Positions 12,093-25,718 of a stretch of DNA of 64,000 nucleotides are shown here, in pieces. Source of the stretch: Leucoraja ocellata (taxonomy: Eukaryota); contig JAWMAR010000350.1 in the NCBI GenBank assembly GCA_036785375.1, positions 1,302,001 to 1,366,000 of the forward strand, read 5' to 3'. Within the stretch, counting starts at the first letter, position 1. Every line of letters begins with the position of its first letter. Position numbers and translations under genes: made by a program. The notes beneath the pieces are model-generated. The model worked only from the letters and a program-made list of their open reading frames with translations. It ran no database searches and was not told where the DNA came from.

Positions 12093-14480
12093 CTGTATAC
12101 AATGCACAAAACAGAGAGAGAAAGAAAAGAAACACTGCAGCTTTCCGGTTGGCACTCAGTCGGTCTCCCCCCCCGGCAGAATTATCGGCAATGTACGGGC
12201 CAGCAAACAATATAGGGAGAGGAGTTCCGAACCCCTTGCTTTACACGGTCGCCGCAAGATACGATTGGGATGGGGTGGGTGGCGAGTCGGGTGGTCAACG
12301 GTTTTGGAATATAAGACATGGGCTCGAGAAGTTAGGAGACGGTCGGTGAGGTGGGCAAACCGCGGCATTTAGTTAAGAAGGGGAACAGTTCCAGGGAGGC
12401 AAGGACACAGCAGCTTTCTGGGACACCCCTCAGTTCACGTCCACACGCTCTCAACCAACAACTGCCCCTCAGGTACACTCCATTACATTATAAATGTAAT
12501 TAAATATAGGCCAAGACTATGTACAGTTGCTGTTGGCAGCTTTGAAAATGCACAGGAAGGATCATTGATGTGAGGCTGAGAAACGCGAGATGTTGACTGA
12601 AAGTGAAAATGACCCACTGAATTCGGAACAGAAAACGCGCCCCTTTCGATGAAACTTCAGCTTCCTGTGGCTCGGAGATCTGTGGACAGATATTAGTCCC
12701 GATCACGGTCTTCTGGGAACAAGACATGTTCCATTTGAGTAATCGGTTGCAGAATTGTGAACGGTTGGATTCGCTCAGCGAATGTAACCGAATATTTAAT
12801 ATTTATCATTGGGTTAGAGAGGTGGATCACAGCACGTTTTTTATCCTCAGGCAATAGAACATTTCTGCTGCTTTGTAGAATGGGAAATTAAATTATAAAT
12901 TCTGATTCGGGACGATATTTGTTTTTTAAAACTATATTCCAATATGGATTCAAATGAATTAAAATACGTCCCTAAGTGGTAATAAATGAAAATCGGCAAC
13001 AAAATTGTTTCGGGAAAACTTGGAGTGTTTGACATAAATCCTCCCATATAAACCTCATGGATTGTTTTTATTAGTGTGTGTCACTGCCGGAGGGAAGGAA
13101 AGTTATAACAAGAATAGATTGATACCTGCAGCAGAGGGGTAATCTACACCGGGAGGTTCTTAGTCTCTTTCGTTCCTACCTTTACTGGGTTTAGCACTAA
13201 ATGAAATTAACGCTTTGCTAATGAGTCAAAAATATGCATTACTTCCGTTTCGTTTTCAGTGAAATGGTACCTCAACTCAGTCTCTGGAACAGAAAAATTC
13301 CCACTTCCAAATTCGCAGATTTCTTTTTTTTTTTCAAAAAATAATCATCCGATTGCACTCCGGATCGGAAAATTCCCTGTCAGTTCCCAGCTTGTGTCTA
13401 AGATTAACGCTTATTTTAAAACAGCATACAATGAAGCTGTAGTTACTTCATATTGCGAACGGACCGAATGTATAATTCAGTCTTGAAATAGATTAACACT
13501 GAATATGATTCTAAAATACACGACTTCGCTAACAAGATCTCTTCCTAAAAATCAATAATATTTGTTTCGATCTTTAAAGTTAGCGTATGCGCAGTTGCTC
13601 CACATCACTATGTTGTAACAATTTTAAATCGATATATTTTGTTTTGTCGTCTGAGATATAAACTAAACTCTCTTTTACACTCTGTAAACCTGGCCAGAGG
13701 TGGCATTCATAAAGTAGGTCTAGATAGACCCTGGTACAATATGATTAGTTCGAGTTGATAAAGCATCTGTTTACAAGCTGTAGGTATAATAACACTTAAC
13801 ACACCGTGATAGGATGTGTCATTTCATATAACATCGACCAAATGGACAAGTCCCAGCCAACTCTGTCAACCAAAACAAACATGCTGGAGATTTCGGTGTC
13901 GCCCAACACCATCAATGAAGATTTCACTATTTTATCTCAGCTTATTATTCGCCACATACAACAGTAAACGTAATTTAGATAATGCGGAACGAAACCGTTA
14001 GGCGTCGAACCTATTTATTGCCTTGGTTAATACTCTTTTACAACTTACTGGCAACTAAATCATTTCATTTGGTTCAAGAATGTTAATTATCTTCTACTAA
14101 AGCCACTGACGTTCACGATAAACATTGTTCACCACAAAAAGCAACAACACCGTGTCTTATTTGAGTAAAGGTATATATAATTAAGATAATATTATAATTG
14201 GGTCCTCGAATGTTGCTGTTTTCTATTTAATTATGAGAATTAAAGAAATTGATTAATTAACTCGCTTTTAATTCGGAAAATCAGGAATGATAGTAAAATT
14301 AGACGTGCACGTGTGAGTCGGTTGTGATTTTCAGCAAAGCACGTTCCCTTTCAAGGACTTCGCGCTGCTCCGGGTCCAGGGACATCTGAACATCGGTCTA
14401 TGAAACCGAGTGCTCCAGCACTCCTCACACACTCCCACCAGGAACCGCCACACGAGCCGGGGAAGGAGCTGCCTACTTAC

Positions 14481-14523
14481 TATGCATTGCTGCAAACGGG
14501 TCGTGCTTACAGTGGATTTCCAT
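14481..14523 (-). CDS. PAX5: Pax5 alternative first exon 1B, coding part (43 bp)
   Basis: ATG GAA ATC CAC TGT AAG CAC GAC CCG TTT GCA GCA ATG CAT A|gtaagt gives MEIHCKHDPFAAMH(R), the recognised Pax5-1B N-terminus. The phase-1 donor matches exon 2. Confidence 0.95.
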
Positions 14524-14899
14524 GAAAAGGCGCAGCCGGTCTTCAACTCCGAGAAAACCTCGATTTTCTGGTCTGGATTTAACCCCTTCACCTATACTCC
14601 CAAAACAAAAGAGGGTGAGCAGCGCCCCACGCAAACCCAGAAGAAGATCTCGATCCCAGCCACTAAATTGTAGGTTTTACAGCTTTGTGATCCTCAAGGT
14701 TTCAGACGGATTGTGCAAGGAACGTGAAAGTTAAGTTTGTCAGATGCAATGCAATGCCCCCAAAAATGAATCCAATTGCTGCTCAGTGACAGCAGTGAAT
14801 TTTAACTTCGAAATCGTTCACACCCGGAAAAAAATCCTTTTAAAATTCCAGCTTCTCTTTTTTGGCGTTTTCCTGTGCAATTTGTCCGCTGTGTGTGTG

Positions 14900-15330
14900 A
14901 AGGCGGGTTCCTGTTTCCCCGGAGTGCGCTGGCCCCCTGCTCTGTATTCAGTCGCGCTCAGTCTCCTCCATAGTGTTTAAATGTGGCTGAGCCCACAGTG
15001 ATTCGGCGCTGATTCGCCCGAGGCTCAGCCCTGCGGGGATGGCGCACAGCCCCGGCCGCTGCCAATCACATCATCACCAGCCACTCAAGCACCCTTCGCC
15101 GCCCCTATCCACCAATAGCACTAACCATCCCAACGTCGTGGCCAATCTCCGTGAGGGCTGCTCATTCATTCACCAATAACCCTCATCCCCATCTGCGAAA
15201 CTGGACCAATGGTATCGACTTCATTTTCAACGTTCACCAATTATCTGCTAGTTGTATCGATACACGAGGCGGTCGTTTTAATAACTGGTTATCTCATACT
15301 GTATTCCGATTGGGCCCTTTTGTTAAACCC
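14900..15330 (-). promoter_or_regulatory. Putative Pax5 exon 1B promoter (CpG-rich, multiple CCAAT boxes)
   Basis: GC/CpG-rich block upstream of exon 1B. CCAAT on + at 15062, 15112, 15142, 15173, 15206 and 15237, ATTGG near 15309, TTTAAA near 14976. The TSS is not determinable. Confidence 0.7.
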
Positions 15331-18300
15331 TAGAGGAGCGTCTCTCTATTAAAGGGAATTCATTCAGATGTCCAAAGCGGAATCTAATTTTTCATTTGAA
15401 TAATTTTAGACAATTATATTCCACCGCAAATCCTTTTTGCTTTTTTTTTGTTTATATACATAAGTCGTTCATTTCTATTCTAAGTTAAGGAGTCTGTAAA
15501 ATTCCCGTGCCTGAATTCAGTGGTAATACCAGTTAAGAAAGCAATGTAAAAGTTGAACGATATTAGCTGGATTAATAAAATTGCGTTACGACTAATTTAA
15601 GATATTATTGGAAAATTACTTACACCATTATTCTGAGAAAGGACTAACTGAAATACTCCTACCAGTAAAGCGTCGATTTGTATGTCAATTTATATTGTCG
15701 AGATGGGATCTTAAGCATTTTTGTTTTAATCTCTGATACTGTATAATAAATATTTTGGGAAGCTTTAGTCAAACTATCATTCAGTTAACAGGTGTCCCGT
15801 ATTTATAAAATGCCACCCGTCCACTTTTCCTGCTGTGTTATTTGTGTGGAATGTACCGAAAATGTATTAATAATTTCCTGAACATTTATTGAACATAAGA
15901 TATTTGTTATATTGATGGTACTTCGGGAAACGTCAATTCTGAAGTCTGAGAATTCATGAACAATTCACTCTATGACGAATTAATGTAGTTCCATTTTCAT
16001 GTTAAAAAATACACTATTCTAATAGTCAGTCACACAGACTTGGTTGTAATCGTGGTTAGCACTACTCCGAAGGGCCATTTTATTTTTTAATATATACCTG
16101 CAGCTTGAGACCACCTGCGAACTGACTTTTTTTCTGCACGTGCACTTGCACACATGAACATCTGTATTTATCCAGAAGGGATTAATGCAGTAGTTATATT
16201 TGCACACAGGTTTGCACTTATTTACACAGCGTGCGTACTTTTTTTAAATTTCTGGGTACCATGCTTTATTTGTATTGGAGCTGTTAGATAATTTCTGGAC
16301 GATTTTGTTTTAATCAATTACCGTAAATTACCACGATTATGTCCTAAATTTATTCTGTCTGTGAATTCTACTTTTCAAATAAACAACAGCAGCAATTCAT
16401 CGATGCATAGAAAGTGTAATATTTATATTTCTATCCGGCTGTTAAAATTATAGCAAAATATGTCGCTTTGCTATTTTAAAATCAAGATCGTCAAAAGGGT
16501 TTCAAAGTAAAAGACAATGAATAAAAACGTATTGACAACGTATTGAAATTTCAAACCAGAAGATAATCTACATTTTGGTTTGCCATTAACCACAGTTGTA
16601 ATTTACGCCCCTCATCAGACGACGGCTGTAGAATCGAGGTTATACTATCTACTGATATGTTAATAGTTGATCCGCAATTCTTAAATTTTATAAATACGCT
16701 AACATATTAATGCAAGAAAAAGAAAAAAAAGTCACCATTACAAGCCGCGACCTGCTTGATACCTTTTTTTTCATTCAATAATTTCACAATTCTAAGGTAC
16801 CTGAGTAATCATAAAATTAAATCCAAATTGAGTTTAAATCCAGGTTACTATGACGCGTTATAGGAGCAGAGTTGGCAGGGGAAAGGCTGAATTTCTTGAG
16901 GTATTGGAAACTTTCAATTGAACTATTGGAACATAGTACATTTTCGAGGCTGGGTGTTACTGAACTGAAGGAAAGTAAAAACCAGACCCACTCTTCAAAT
17001 CTGAATAAAATACTCTTGTGAGATATTGCAAGCCACTTGCAGGATTAAATATATTTTCCTTAATCTAGTTTGGCGTTCCTGAGCCCAAACCCTGAATAAT
17101 TTTAATATTCTGGTGGCGACCTTCGCCCATTTTAGTACTTTCGCTGAAGCAGTGTGTTTAGTTATCACCTGCGGCTGTGCCTAAATGATTTTCAACTTTG
17201 TTTTCACATCAGCAAGCTTGCAGTTTCTTCTCTAACAGCAATCTAACGTCAAGCGTAAAACGTTAGTAAACACAGTTAATAATTCGACAGTCATTTTTAA
17301 CGTGAACTCTTCTAAAGTTATATTTTTCAAATGACTGTAAGCATGAATACAAGTAAACGTAAGCCTTTAAACGAGGCCTCGCTACCAAGCTAGCTTTCTA
17401 ACGGATCCGAGTGGGTCTACTAAAAGGCATTCTTTTCTCCATTTGTGTGTCATTTTTTCGCCAGTCCTTCATGCAAGGTATTGCAGAAAGAAACCAATTC
17501 CTCTCGAAATCGTGAAACGCCTTCGTGTCACAAAGGCATTTAATGATACCACCATGCAAGTAAAGCGGTAATGGCCTTCAAAAAAATCCACGTGGTATCA
17601 AATACAAACAAGTAGAGATGAGCGTTTCTGTTTCAGTTGCATTGGCCGCTCATCTTCCTGCAGCTGTGAAGCCTTCAGGCTCAAGTTGTGTACACATTTC
17701 AGCCCCATGCTCAAACTCCTTGGCCAACAGGTGCAGGGAGAGAAAGCGGCAGGATGAAGAGATTTGTCGCTTGAATGCCTTTGGGTCGAGCTAAAGTATC
17801 CATCCACAGGTCCAGAATGCGTGAGATTCAATGGGAGGATCACTCTCACTACTCAAATACCTTATTGGACCCTGTGGTGGTTCTGGAGCAGGGCCGAGAG
17901 GTCTCAGCCTGTCTGCGCGGATCGCGGGGTGAAATTGTATAATTGGTAGGACAAACTACATTATGAGTTATTATATTTTGCCATTTATATCACCCACTTG
18001 GAATAGGCAATGTGAGTATATTGTATTATTAGTAACCTCCACCGTATCTCAGCTCGAGTGAGTACAGCTGCTCTATAAATATGAACATTGCTATACTTCC
18101 CGAACTATTTACAGATAGAATTCCCATTCTACAAAGCAAAAACAATCGAACTTTTCTCCATCACACTAGGCGTTTTCAAGTGTTGGAAAACATCTGAAGA
18201 TTTGTTTTAAGTCCCTAGAATTGTCGGTTTCATTTCTTTGAGCTCTGTATGCATTTAAGCAAATCACTTGAGCGCTCTAAACTGCACAATTGTCATTGAC

Positions 18301-19199
18301 TAAAACCGTTATATAATTAGTGATTTCTGATATTAAATATCTTGAATAATAGCCCACGGGTGTTGGATCACTGCTGGCAAAATCTCAAAGATCAATGGAG
18401 TGTTTTTCTTTTTACGGGTTCAAATCTATCCCTTCAGGAGGGACTGGTGCGCATATCGGGAGTATGTTGGGTAAATGCTTCGCATAATTTTCCGAGCATG
18501 AACATTGACTTTAGTGTTCCAAATATCTTACAGAAAATTGAAAATGTCGAAGAAAATGTAATTCTAAAAATCATGGAAATAGCAGCAAACAACCCTTTCT
18601 GCCTCGGTTGTGTTGTTGCTGGACACGTACAAGCAACGGCAGCATAGAGGGGGAGGTTGGGACTACCCCTTTGTGCTGCGGGAGGCCATATAACCCTCAT
18701 GCAGCGTACTTAGTGCCCCCCGTGTCGGCACTGGATACTCATCACGGAAGATAGATAGATCAGACGGGAGTTGGCAGAATATACAGTCAATAGTGTCAAT
18801 AAGAAAGCATTACAGTCTGTAAATAAACGTGCATGGAGTCTACGACTGGTTCTGATTGTCAAAGGTCAGAGCATGAACGTTTATTAACATTTTCAATTAT
18901 TTGGGGAAGTTGAGTTTTTACTTCTTTTATGGGTGATGGTGACAATACTGAATTTGTTTCCCATCCAGAATAGCAGGTTGGAGTTCAGAACTAAACTCCC
19001 GGTTGACAGGGTTCTGGGGTCGTACGTGAAAGCAGGTAGCTTCCATCCTTAGAAGAACAATAATGAACCAATTGTAATTGATGACAATGAACTGTTATTG
19101 AACACTTCTATTATTTTTATATCGAGAGATTTAAAAAATCTATTTTAAAAGCCATCTTAAAATATCAGTTCCGCTGGTCCCAGCCACATATGTCTAGAT

Positions 19200-19432
19200 C
19201 AGGGGTTCCCAACCGTTTTCGTCCCGTTTAACCCTGGCAACTTTAATAGCACATAACAATGTAATTTCACGTATTTATGAACAACTAATGATGAACAGAT
19301 ACCGGTATACCAGAACCAAACACAGTCAGTCAATGAGAAAAAATATGTACAAATCCAGAATCAACAAATTTACCCCCTGTGTAGGCGAGATTTACCCCCT
19401 GGGGTAAATTTACCTCAGGTTGGGAACAGTTG
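19200..19432. mobile_element. hAT (Charlie-like) MITE, 233 bp
   Basis: TIRs CAGGGGTTCCCAACC and GGTTGGGAACAGTTG. Perfect 8-bp TSD GTCTAGAT at 19192-19199 and 19433-19440 (NTCTAGAN is the Charlie-type target). Confidence 0.88.
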
Positions 19433-19614
19433 GTCTAGATCATTGAATTGCAAGGTCAATATGTTATAGCATTAGAATAGGAGTAGGCCATTGGGTTGTT
19501 CAATACGACCATGGCTGTTAGTCTGCAATATTCCTGCTCTCTTCTCATATCCTTTGATGCGTTTTGCGTCCAGTCACTATCCCATCTCCCCACAAACCCT
19601 TGGCAAACAAAAAG

Positions 19615-19790
19615 CAAAAGAAATAGAGGTGCTGAAAATCCACAACAGACCAAGGCAGCATCTCCAGAGAGAGAAACGGGGTTAATATTATCAATTTAAT
19701 GACTTGTAGGTCGTTGCCCTGAAACGTTAACTCTGCTTTTATCACCGCAGTGACTGCGTACCCTGACTGTTTCCAACATTTCTGTTTTTT
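19615..19790. mobile_element. Old inverted pair of Penelope terminal-repeat-derived sequence
   Basis: 'gctgaaaatccacaacagaccaaggcagcatct...gagagagaaacggggttaat' followed by the opposite-orientation 'ctgaaacgttaactctgc...gtttccaacatttctgtttt'. Confidence 0.45.
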
Positions 19791-22700
19791 GAACCCCTGA
19801 CAATTCCAAACACTCATCTGCAAACACAGCATTCATATTGCGTCTTAGCGGGGTGTGTGGGGGACTGTTTGTGGTTTTAGCCCGGAACTGCGGCTGTCAG
19901 GCTCAGACTCCAGCTCAACCAGGGGCTGTCAGATCAGTCTGCCTTCCCAACACCCCAAACAAGAGATGTTTTATTCGACAACATGAACAACCTCGTTTGT
20001 GTAATGGATAGAAGTCAAATTGTGTGGTCTATTTGCATCTCATTCTGTGGCAGCGTGCATTGCCGGGTTCAAGGAGAAATCAGAAGAAACTGAGGTTATA
20101 AATATTGTATATTATAGAATCATCTTGAAGGTCTTGGCAGGCATGATTAGTGGTAAAGTGTGTCGAAAAATGGGAGTCAAGCTGGGCTTCTAGTTCCAGA
20201 AGATACGAAAGCTAGAATTGTGCTCTACATTCCGATTCTACATTCCGGTGTACATGTGGCTCCACATGTAACATACTTTAGAATGAGGGGACGTCTCTTG
20301 CGCCACTTCCGTTTTCAGTTAGGATGCACGGATCAAGAGAGGCCTCTCGACTTTTCCTTTTAAACTCCCGTGTAATCGCTCACATTGGGGGAGGGAGCAG
20401 GGTGAGAGCGATGGGTGGAACACAGCGCTAATGCAAAGCCCTACATTGGAACCTTCAACAGAGGACACCGACACTCGCCAACAAAAGTTTGTCACTTTCT
20501 CTTCCCCGGTACCACTTCCCCTCCCCATGTTTCCCCAGACATCTCTCTCTCTCTAGCCTTCGGCACAATTTTCACTAGTTTTCAATTAACCTTCTATTAT
20601 TCCTGCATCAATTCAACATGCCCAGTTTGTCCCAAGTAGTTGTTTTAATTGCATTTGATTACTATTCTAGCCATTTTACGTCATTTTCGGGGGGTGGAAT
20701 ATCGGAGTACAAATCAATGGCTTCTAACACCTTCACTTAACGGTTTAAAGATTAATGTCGCGAACAGTGGGATCAAAAGGATGTTGCTGTTACTAACTAA
20801 TTAAAGGCGACCTTATTTTGATCGTTACACTTTGCATTGAGCCAATCAATAAAAGTGAGTACTATGCGGAAGTAATATATTAAATTTCGGCAACTCTTCA
20901 CAGAACTGCCATAAATGTCAAGCGCTTGGTTTTACATGTTGCCTTCGAACATCAACACATTCCGACATATTGATACAAACTAAATTTGAACACAGATAGT
21001 TTCAGTGATGCAATTCACATCCCAGGTCGAAAATGAATCCGACAGACCAATGTGAGCGAGCGAATCAAATCAATGTCATTTCACTCCAAATTCTCCTGAA
21101 CAGAAATATTTTCTGTAAATTTAAACGATCCTTTATTTTCGCCAACCGCACCCTAATTCAAAGTAGGGATTCAGTGATGACTGTAACAGTTAACCCCCTT
21201 TAGTAATCAGAAATTATTTGTAATTGAACTTTGCTGGTAGTCAGGTCGCTTTTGGGGAGGCTTTTCCTGTTGTTATTATTATTATTATTGGTGGGAATTC
21301 CGCACAGGGTTAAGGCTTAGATAATGGCAACTGGTTTCTGGTAATTTATTTGTTGCCATGCATTGTTACCTCCAAAAAATATTAAAAAATTGCAGAATCA
21401 TCTTAAAACAGTTACTCTTCTAATTTTAACAGTGAAAATGGCAAACGTCCAATACAAGTGATTGGACATTCACCTTTCACCTTTGACAGTGGCTCTTGCC
21501 CTCGAACTCACTCAGATCTACACGAGATGTACGATGCGAAAGACAAGCTGTTTCAACCACCAACGTGTACATTTATATAACCTTGTTGGCACCGAGTTCA
21601 TGGGTCTGATGTTAGACCTCACCTGCTTTCCACTATTTACAATATTTCATATTGGGATCAAGTGGAACAGCGTAAAGAGGATGAATTATGGAAAGAATTG
21701 TGACGGGAGGTAACACATTTATTGATTCTTTTTGTATAATATAGAGCGTACTTCGAGAGGTCTAGCTAACTCTTGTGTTTTCTTGCAGACTGACAGGTGA
21801 CTGCCACCTCAAAAATCGAATCTTCCTAAATCAAGTAACATATAAGACCATTGATTTAAGAGAGAGGGGCGCTGGGAATTGTCTGTGAGTGTGAAGACGG
21901 CCCCAAATGGGGTTTTTTTGGGGGGTCTAAACTGAGAGACCTGGGTCTCGCTGGAAACTCCATCTCGCAACGCTTCCGCACAGTTTACAATATCCGAATC
22001 TACCTGCGATTAAACGGCATGGAAATATCGCAACCCCTTTCTTTCAGCCCTGGTCTGGTAGATTTAGCTGTAAACGAGCAAAAAGTGAAATTATACACTT
22101 AAAGGGGAGGAAGGAGGCCCATTTTATTTCAACCTTGGCACATTTTCACTCTTTTTCGGGTGTGTGTGTGGAGGGGGGAGGGGTGAAGAATTGGAGATAG
22201 GGGATGGTCGTGTTTTAAATAGGCTTCATCTCACAGAATAGTTTTACTCCTTTCATCCTCTGGGAGACATTTCTGCTGCAGGATTCCTGGACCGGAAATC
22301 TGGCGGTCGAAGGCCCACTGAGTCTTGTTTGACAGAGATGTGAGGTGTGGGTTTTTTTGGCCCCAAACTCACTAATAGGAATTGATCTCCAATGTTTCAT
22401 GTAGGAATCTCAATCGAAAAGTAACACCTGTCCTGCGTATTTAAAATGCATCATTGCAAAACCAGACTCTGTTCTTTCAAAAGGCATTTATCCTGTTAAG
22501 TGAACACTTTCGGCCTCTGTTCTGAATTCAGTTGTAGAAATCCTGATAATTACTTCTCAAGGATGCCCTACTTATGTTAAGTATGGAACAAGTTCCATGA
22601 CGGGACGTAATTATTGCGTTCTAACTACTCATTTTATTTTGTGTATTATTATAGATCAAGTAAAGCAGCCCTGAAAAAAGCACAGCTAAAATAGTGTGTT

Positions 22701-25615
22701 ACAGATACCTAGTTAGGGTTTATTTAATTTGTGATTATGCACGTAGATGATGTAAAGTTCATCATCAAAAGGGCAACTAATTAACTAAGAGACAGCACCT
22801 TAAAACAGGCCCGACCACACCGAACAAGCGTGACTCGCACGTGCTGATACAAAGGCTTTCAACACTGTCATCTGTCAGCCAGAAAGCTGAAAGTAAACAA
22901 TGATATAGATTATTTCACGGGTCACAGACGGGAAAAGCAGCTAATGTCCTAGAATGGCACAAATTCATTCTTGTGTGAGCCCGGCAACCAGTGCCCTTTA
23001 TGATCGATAACTGGGCAGGGTCCTTTCGAAAGTTAAACCGGGGAAGGGTGGAGGGGTCAGTCAGGGGGTGAAGGGCGCAGGAACCCACACTCCATCTCTT
23101 TGTTTTCGATGATTCCACGTGAACTATGCGACAGATTTCAAATTAATACGCTGAGTACTTGAGGTCAATTTGTGGAATGTTTCCCTTTATATTGACACAT
23201 TTTGGATCCAGTCTGCGAATGGTCTATTCTGTTTCTTTTAGTTTAACGCATTGTCATTGAAAGGAAGAACAATCTGTCCTGTTAAAAGAGCGCCCCGTAA
23301 ATCAACTGACTGCAAGCTGCCTTGTGTTATTTTAAACATAGGAAGGGGCGATGGGCAAACCGTGATGATAAGAGTGCCGGCGATTACCGAGTTACATCGC
23401 TATTGGACTTCCTGAATTAAGAATTGGAAATCGGGATGGAGTTTCATTGAATTACTCAGTTCTCTCAACATAAACTATCGCCTGTTATCGAGATAAAATA
23501 TATATTTTTTAAAGGACGAATGTAGAGGGAGGGGTGAGAGCAGTGGATGGCGAAGGCTTCGGGGAAATCTTTCTTTCTGAACCATGACAAGTGAAGTTAT
23601 GGACGTTTGGGCTTGGGCTTGCAGAATGATGAACAAACCTGTTGAATTTGTGTTTACATTAGGAAAAAAACGCGTCTTGCAATTCTCGTAAACTCATATC
23701 CATTTCACACGGCGATGCCCCCCGCCCCGCTATTTATCGCTAACCATATAACCTATATCTTCCTCATTGTTCTCAGCAGAAAGATCACAGCGTCCTGTGT
23801 TTAAGGTCGGTATGTAACGGCGGTTATTATTGGTAACGATCTAACGCGAATCAGTCATTGTTTTGCAGAATTAGTTGGGATAGCTGAAACACCGAAAATA
23901 ATAAAATAATGTTTCACATTCTAAGTACAGAAGAAACAGACCACAAATGCAACTTTCCGCTGTATACTTATAGCCCTATTTCCTGACCCCGAGTGTATAA
24001 AGAAACCGAGGTTCAAACATTTCTAAGAAAATGGCACCCTTCAGTTCAATACTTCCTTATTTTTGTATTGTATTTTATTAGGAAATAACCACAACCAAAC
24101 AAAAACAAGTGCATTTATCGGAGCAAACCGGAATCGGCTGGGTGTTGCGTTTACAAATTGATCCGAGGGCCGTGAAGGAACATGATTTGCCCTAAAGGTT
24201 CACTACGCCCTGGTGCTGTGACGAAAGTTATTGGCAAATCCATCCCCTTCAGTCAAAATGCGCGATAAAAAACATGGTTTCAAATTGCCGATAAAACGTT
24301 TAGAATTGTTCAAACGATGAATATTAACGAAAGAAAATAGGAGTAAATAAAAATACAAAGGTAATTTTAATTCGGTTTCATTTTCTTAAACGGCACTCGG
24401 CTGCACAAAACAAGAGCGTACATCTGAATGATCACAGGTCTGCAGCGGGAGACGGGCCCGAATATGTTCAGAGCAAAGGCCAGAACAGTTAAAATAAACA
24501 TGCTCGCTATTTTTGCGTTTTGTCTTTTGAAAATGCTGTGATTTGAACATCCACAAAATTAAACGGCTCTGTTAGTCGTTAACGATGCCCCAAATCCTAA
24601 TTTCACATTTCGAGTTTTTGTTTCGAAAGGGTGGCGGCACTAAACTTAAGGGCAGTTGTTGGGTTGGGGTGGGGGAAGGTAGACATTCACCCACAGGTCA
24701 ATCACACAGATTGTCTAATAATCTCCTTAAGAGAAGCCAGAATGAGCAATTTCCAGTATCTCCCCACCCGCAAAGAATCAATCGAACTGTACATATATTT
24801 CACCAAAAAATATGCAGACAGAGCGCCGAAGTCAGCCATTGGACACATTTTAACTATCTTTATATAGCGAAAGAGCATAAAATAGAACTCGGTAAATATC
24901 CTCGATCACCGAGAGAACAAACGGACAGCCATGTACAGAGACAATCAAGAGCTCCGCTCCATTCCCTCGCACACGGAAGCACCACTTTGTGGCGTGTTGC
25001 TGCCTTAAATGCTAACAATTTCGGGTGCAGGTCCGATTCCTACAGCTTTCTGGTGTTCAATGACAACCATCGCGTAATAAACATTAAACAGAACCCAATC
25101 GACTTTTGCAATTAAAAGTGAAGTGGTTTTGTTTTTTAAAATAAAATGAACTGATTGCACCTCAGAAGTAACCCTTGACCTATCTTCGCGGCCCTCGGAA
25201 TCGCCCACAAAGAGTAAAAAAAAAGTTACAAAGCTGATATTTGATAGGGACACTAATCTAACCCTGAGGAAACCGAACACCTTCTGGAACCCGGACACTG
25301 CGGACAGACAGTTCTTCGCCGTGAACCGTACAAGGAGACAAGCTTTCCCTTGACTTCTGCTGGGCGTTCATCCTAGGTTTTCACAGTGCATTGCATTTAC
25401 TTTGAGCAGTTTCCAACACTTGAATTTTCATTAAGCCTCACTTGATTAATTAAAATTGTTCACTTTTTTTTTTAACAAAGTGTCTTATGTCTTGATAGTC
25501 TTTTAAAACACTGGGTACTGTTTAATTCCACTAGTAAATACGGGACTGTTTCCAATAAAGCCGCTTCATGCTTTCGAACTATTTGTACATTTCACAGGAA
25601 AAAATATAAACCTAC

Positions 25616-25655
25616 CTGATCGGATACCCCTGATGGCGCTACCGTTTTTTTCCAT
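25616..25655 (-). CDS. PAX5: Pax5 alternative first exon 1A, coding part (40 bp)
   Basis: ATG GAA AAA AAC GGT AGC GCC ATC AGG GGT ATC CGA TCA G|gtaggt gives MEKNGSAIRGIRS(G). The phase-1 donor gives ...RSGHGG with exon 2. Aligns with mammalian 1A MDLEKNYPTPRTSRTG (EKN, R..R.G; from memory). Confidence 0.8.
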
Positions 25656-25718
25656 ACTAGTTTTGGTGTTGCGAATCCTTTGTGAAAAGACTGGAAGAAA
25701 AGTTTCTATTTTTTGCTC

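Noticed and set aside
12093-12210. In-frame upstream extension of Pax5 exon 2 ([10 protein letters not shown]...)
   Set aside because: Starts at TTG and runs through the polypyrimidine tract. A canonical acceptor at 12094-12093 and two proper first exons explain the structure.
24585-25115. 176-aa plus-strand ORF antisense in Pax5 intron 1
   Set aside because: No recognisable domain, splice structure or compositional support; compatible with chance.
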